Positions 31,316 through 32,000 of a DNA stretch of 32,000 nt are shown piece by piece. The DNA comes from Patescibacteria group bacterium (GTDB lineage: Bacteria; Patescibacteriota; Gracilibacteria; UBA1369; PNNO01). A model generated the notes under the pieces. That model searched no databases, had not been told where the DNA came from, and worked only from the letters and a program-made list of their open reading frames with translations. The position numbers and the translations under genes were made by a program. The stretch lies in NCBI GenBank assembly GCA_042568575.1, contig JBHPIO010000011.1, positions 1 through 32,000 on the forward strand, read 5' to 3'. Position 1 is the stretch's first letter. Each line of letters opens with the position of its first letter.

Positions 31316-32000
31316 ATGTCTAAAAAAATACGTGTAGCAGTCATTTTTGGTGGTAGAAGTGGTGAACATGAAGTGTCAATTATTTCGGCAAAAAATGTTA
31401 TAGAGGCAATGGATCTGGAAAAGTACGATGTTGTCCCTGTTGGCATCACGAAAGAAGGAAAATGGCTCACAGGAGAGAAAGCAATTAAGGCCTTCAAGGA
31501 AAGTGATTATAGTGGACTTAATGAAGTATCTGTAAATACAACCGCAGGAGCAAATGAGCTTATTCATTTCACTGACGGTCATTACGAAAAAATTCATGTT
31601 GATATTTTCATGCCAATCTTGCACGGCCCATATGGTGAAGATGGGACGATTCAGGGACTTTTTGATATGGCTAATGTCCCTTACACAGGATGTGGATGTC
31701 TTGCGTCGTCAGTTGGAATGGACAAATTGATTTCAAAAGCATTATGGGAACAAGCAGGACTTCCTGTTATTCCATACGTTGGAGTTACTAAAAATGCATG
31801 GAAAAGTGATCCTGAAGAAGTAGTTAATAGAGTTGAAAGCGAACTTGGATTCCCTATTTTCGTGAAGCCTTCGAATATGGGATCGTCTGTTGGAATTAGT
31901 AAAGTAAAATCAGCAAAAGAACTTCCTGCGGCAATGGATCTTGCTGCGGAATTTGATCATCGAATATTAATCGAAAAAGGACTTAATATTAGAGAACTTG
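31316..32000 (+). CDS. ddl: D-alanine--D-alanine ligase (3'-partial, runs off the window)
   Basis: This gene is absent from the ORF track because it has no stop in the window. My translation from the ATG at 31316 is MSKKIRVAVIFGGRSGEHEVSIISAKNVIEAMD...PILHGPYGEDGTIQGLFDMANVPYTGCG...SKALWEQAGLPV...FPIFVKPSNMGSSVGISKV, a classic Ddl N-terminal and ATP-grasp pattern. Confidence 0.88.
   Translation, partial: MSKKIRVAVIFGGRSGEHEVSIISAKNVIEAMDLEKYDVVPVGITKEGKWLTGEKAIKAFKESDYSGLNEVSVNTTAGANELIHFTDGHYEKIHVDIFMPILHGPYGEDGTIQGLFDMANVPYTGCGCLASSVGMDKLISKALWEQAGLPVIPYVGVTKNAWKSDPEEVVNRVESELGFPIFVKPSNMGSSVGISKVKSAKELPAAMDLAAEFDHRILIEKGLNIREL

Noticed and set aside
31255-31624. Two minus-strand ORFs (80 and 82 aa) at the right end
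   Set aside because: They are antisense to the clearly recognisable ddl reading frame starting at 31316.
1-32000. CRISPR arrays, rRNA genes, transposases or integrases, and stop-codon reassignment (UGA recoding as in some CPR lineages)
   Set aside because: I saw no regularly spaced short repeats, no rRNA-like stretches and no recombinase motifs. All recognisable genes are full length under the standard code, so recoding need not be invoked.

Overview
This is an AT-rich, tightly packed bacterial window read in the standard genetic code. The gene content suggests a Candidate Phyla Radiation / Patescibacteria-type genome, but that is inference only. The supporting signs are a form III or II/III-type RuBisCO, a CDP-archaeol-synthase-like gene, tRNAs with encoded CCA, an intron-split tRNA and many orphan acidic proteins.

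Layout, start to end:
1. Partial cbiM/nikM plus a PDGLE-domain partner (1-719).
2. A tRNA-Ile(CAU) split by a 605-nt Azoarcus-like group I intron that carries an HNH endonuclease gene on the antisense strand (790-1471).
3. An accessory block of four or five orphan genes, punctuated by three direct copies of a tRNA-3'-end-like element, running up to tRNA-Ala(GGC) (1472-6375).
4. A CarS-like gene (6419-6931).
5. A hydrogenase neighbourhood (7402-15404). It contains a HypC-domain::HydE fusion coupled to HydG, a PP2C phosphatase, a two-subunit [NiFe] hydrogenase coupled to a GNAT, a diverged tandem duplication of an acidic orphan protein, and a hydrogenase endopeptidase.
6. A VirD4/TraD-like ATPase, Fur, a ferredoxin, a membrane protein and an orphan RHH protein (15493-20320).
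7. RuBisCO, NrnA-like DHH phosphoesterase, ilvB, a dCMP-deaminase-like gene (20473-25397).
8. A minus-strand housekeeping run: YkgJ-like protein, pepA, NUDIX, rnc, nusB, rpmF, yceD, BI-1 (25857-31187).
9. The 5' part of ddl (31316-32000).

The best candidate for something undescribed is the HypC-HydE/HydG module. It sits beside a minimal [NiFe] hydrogenase, with no HydA, HydF or HypDEF in the window. No CRISPR array, rRNA, transposase or integrase was seen. All family calls come from motif recognition by eye; no searches were run.
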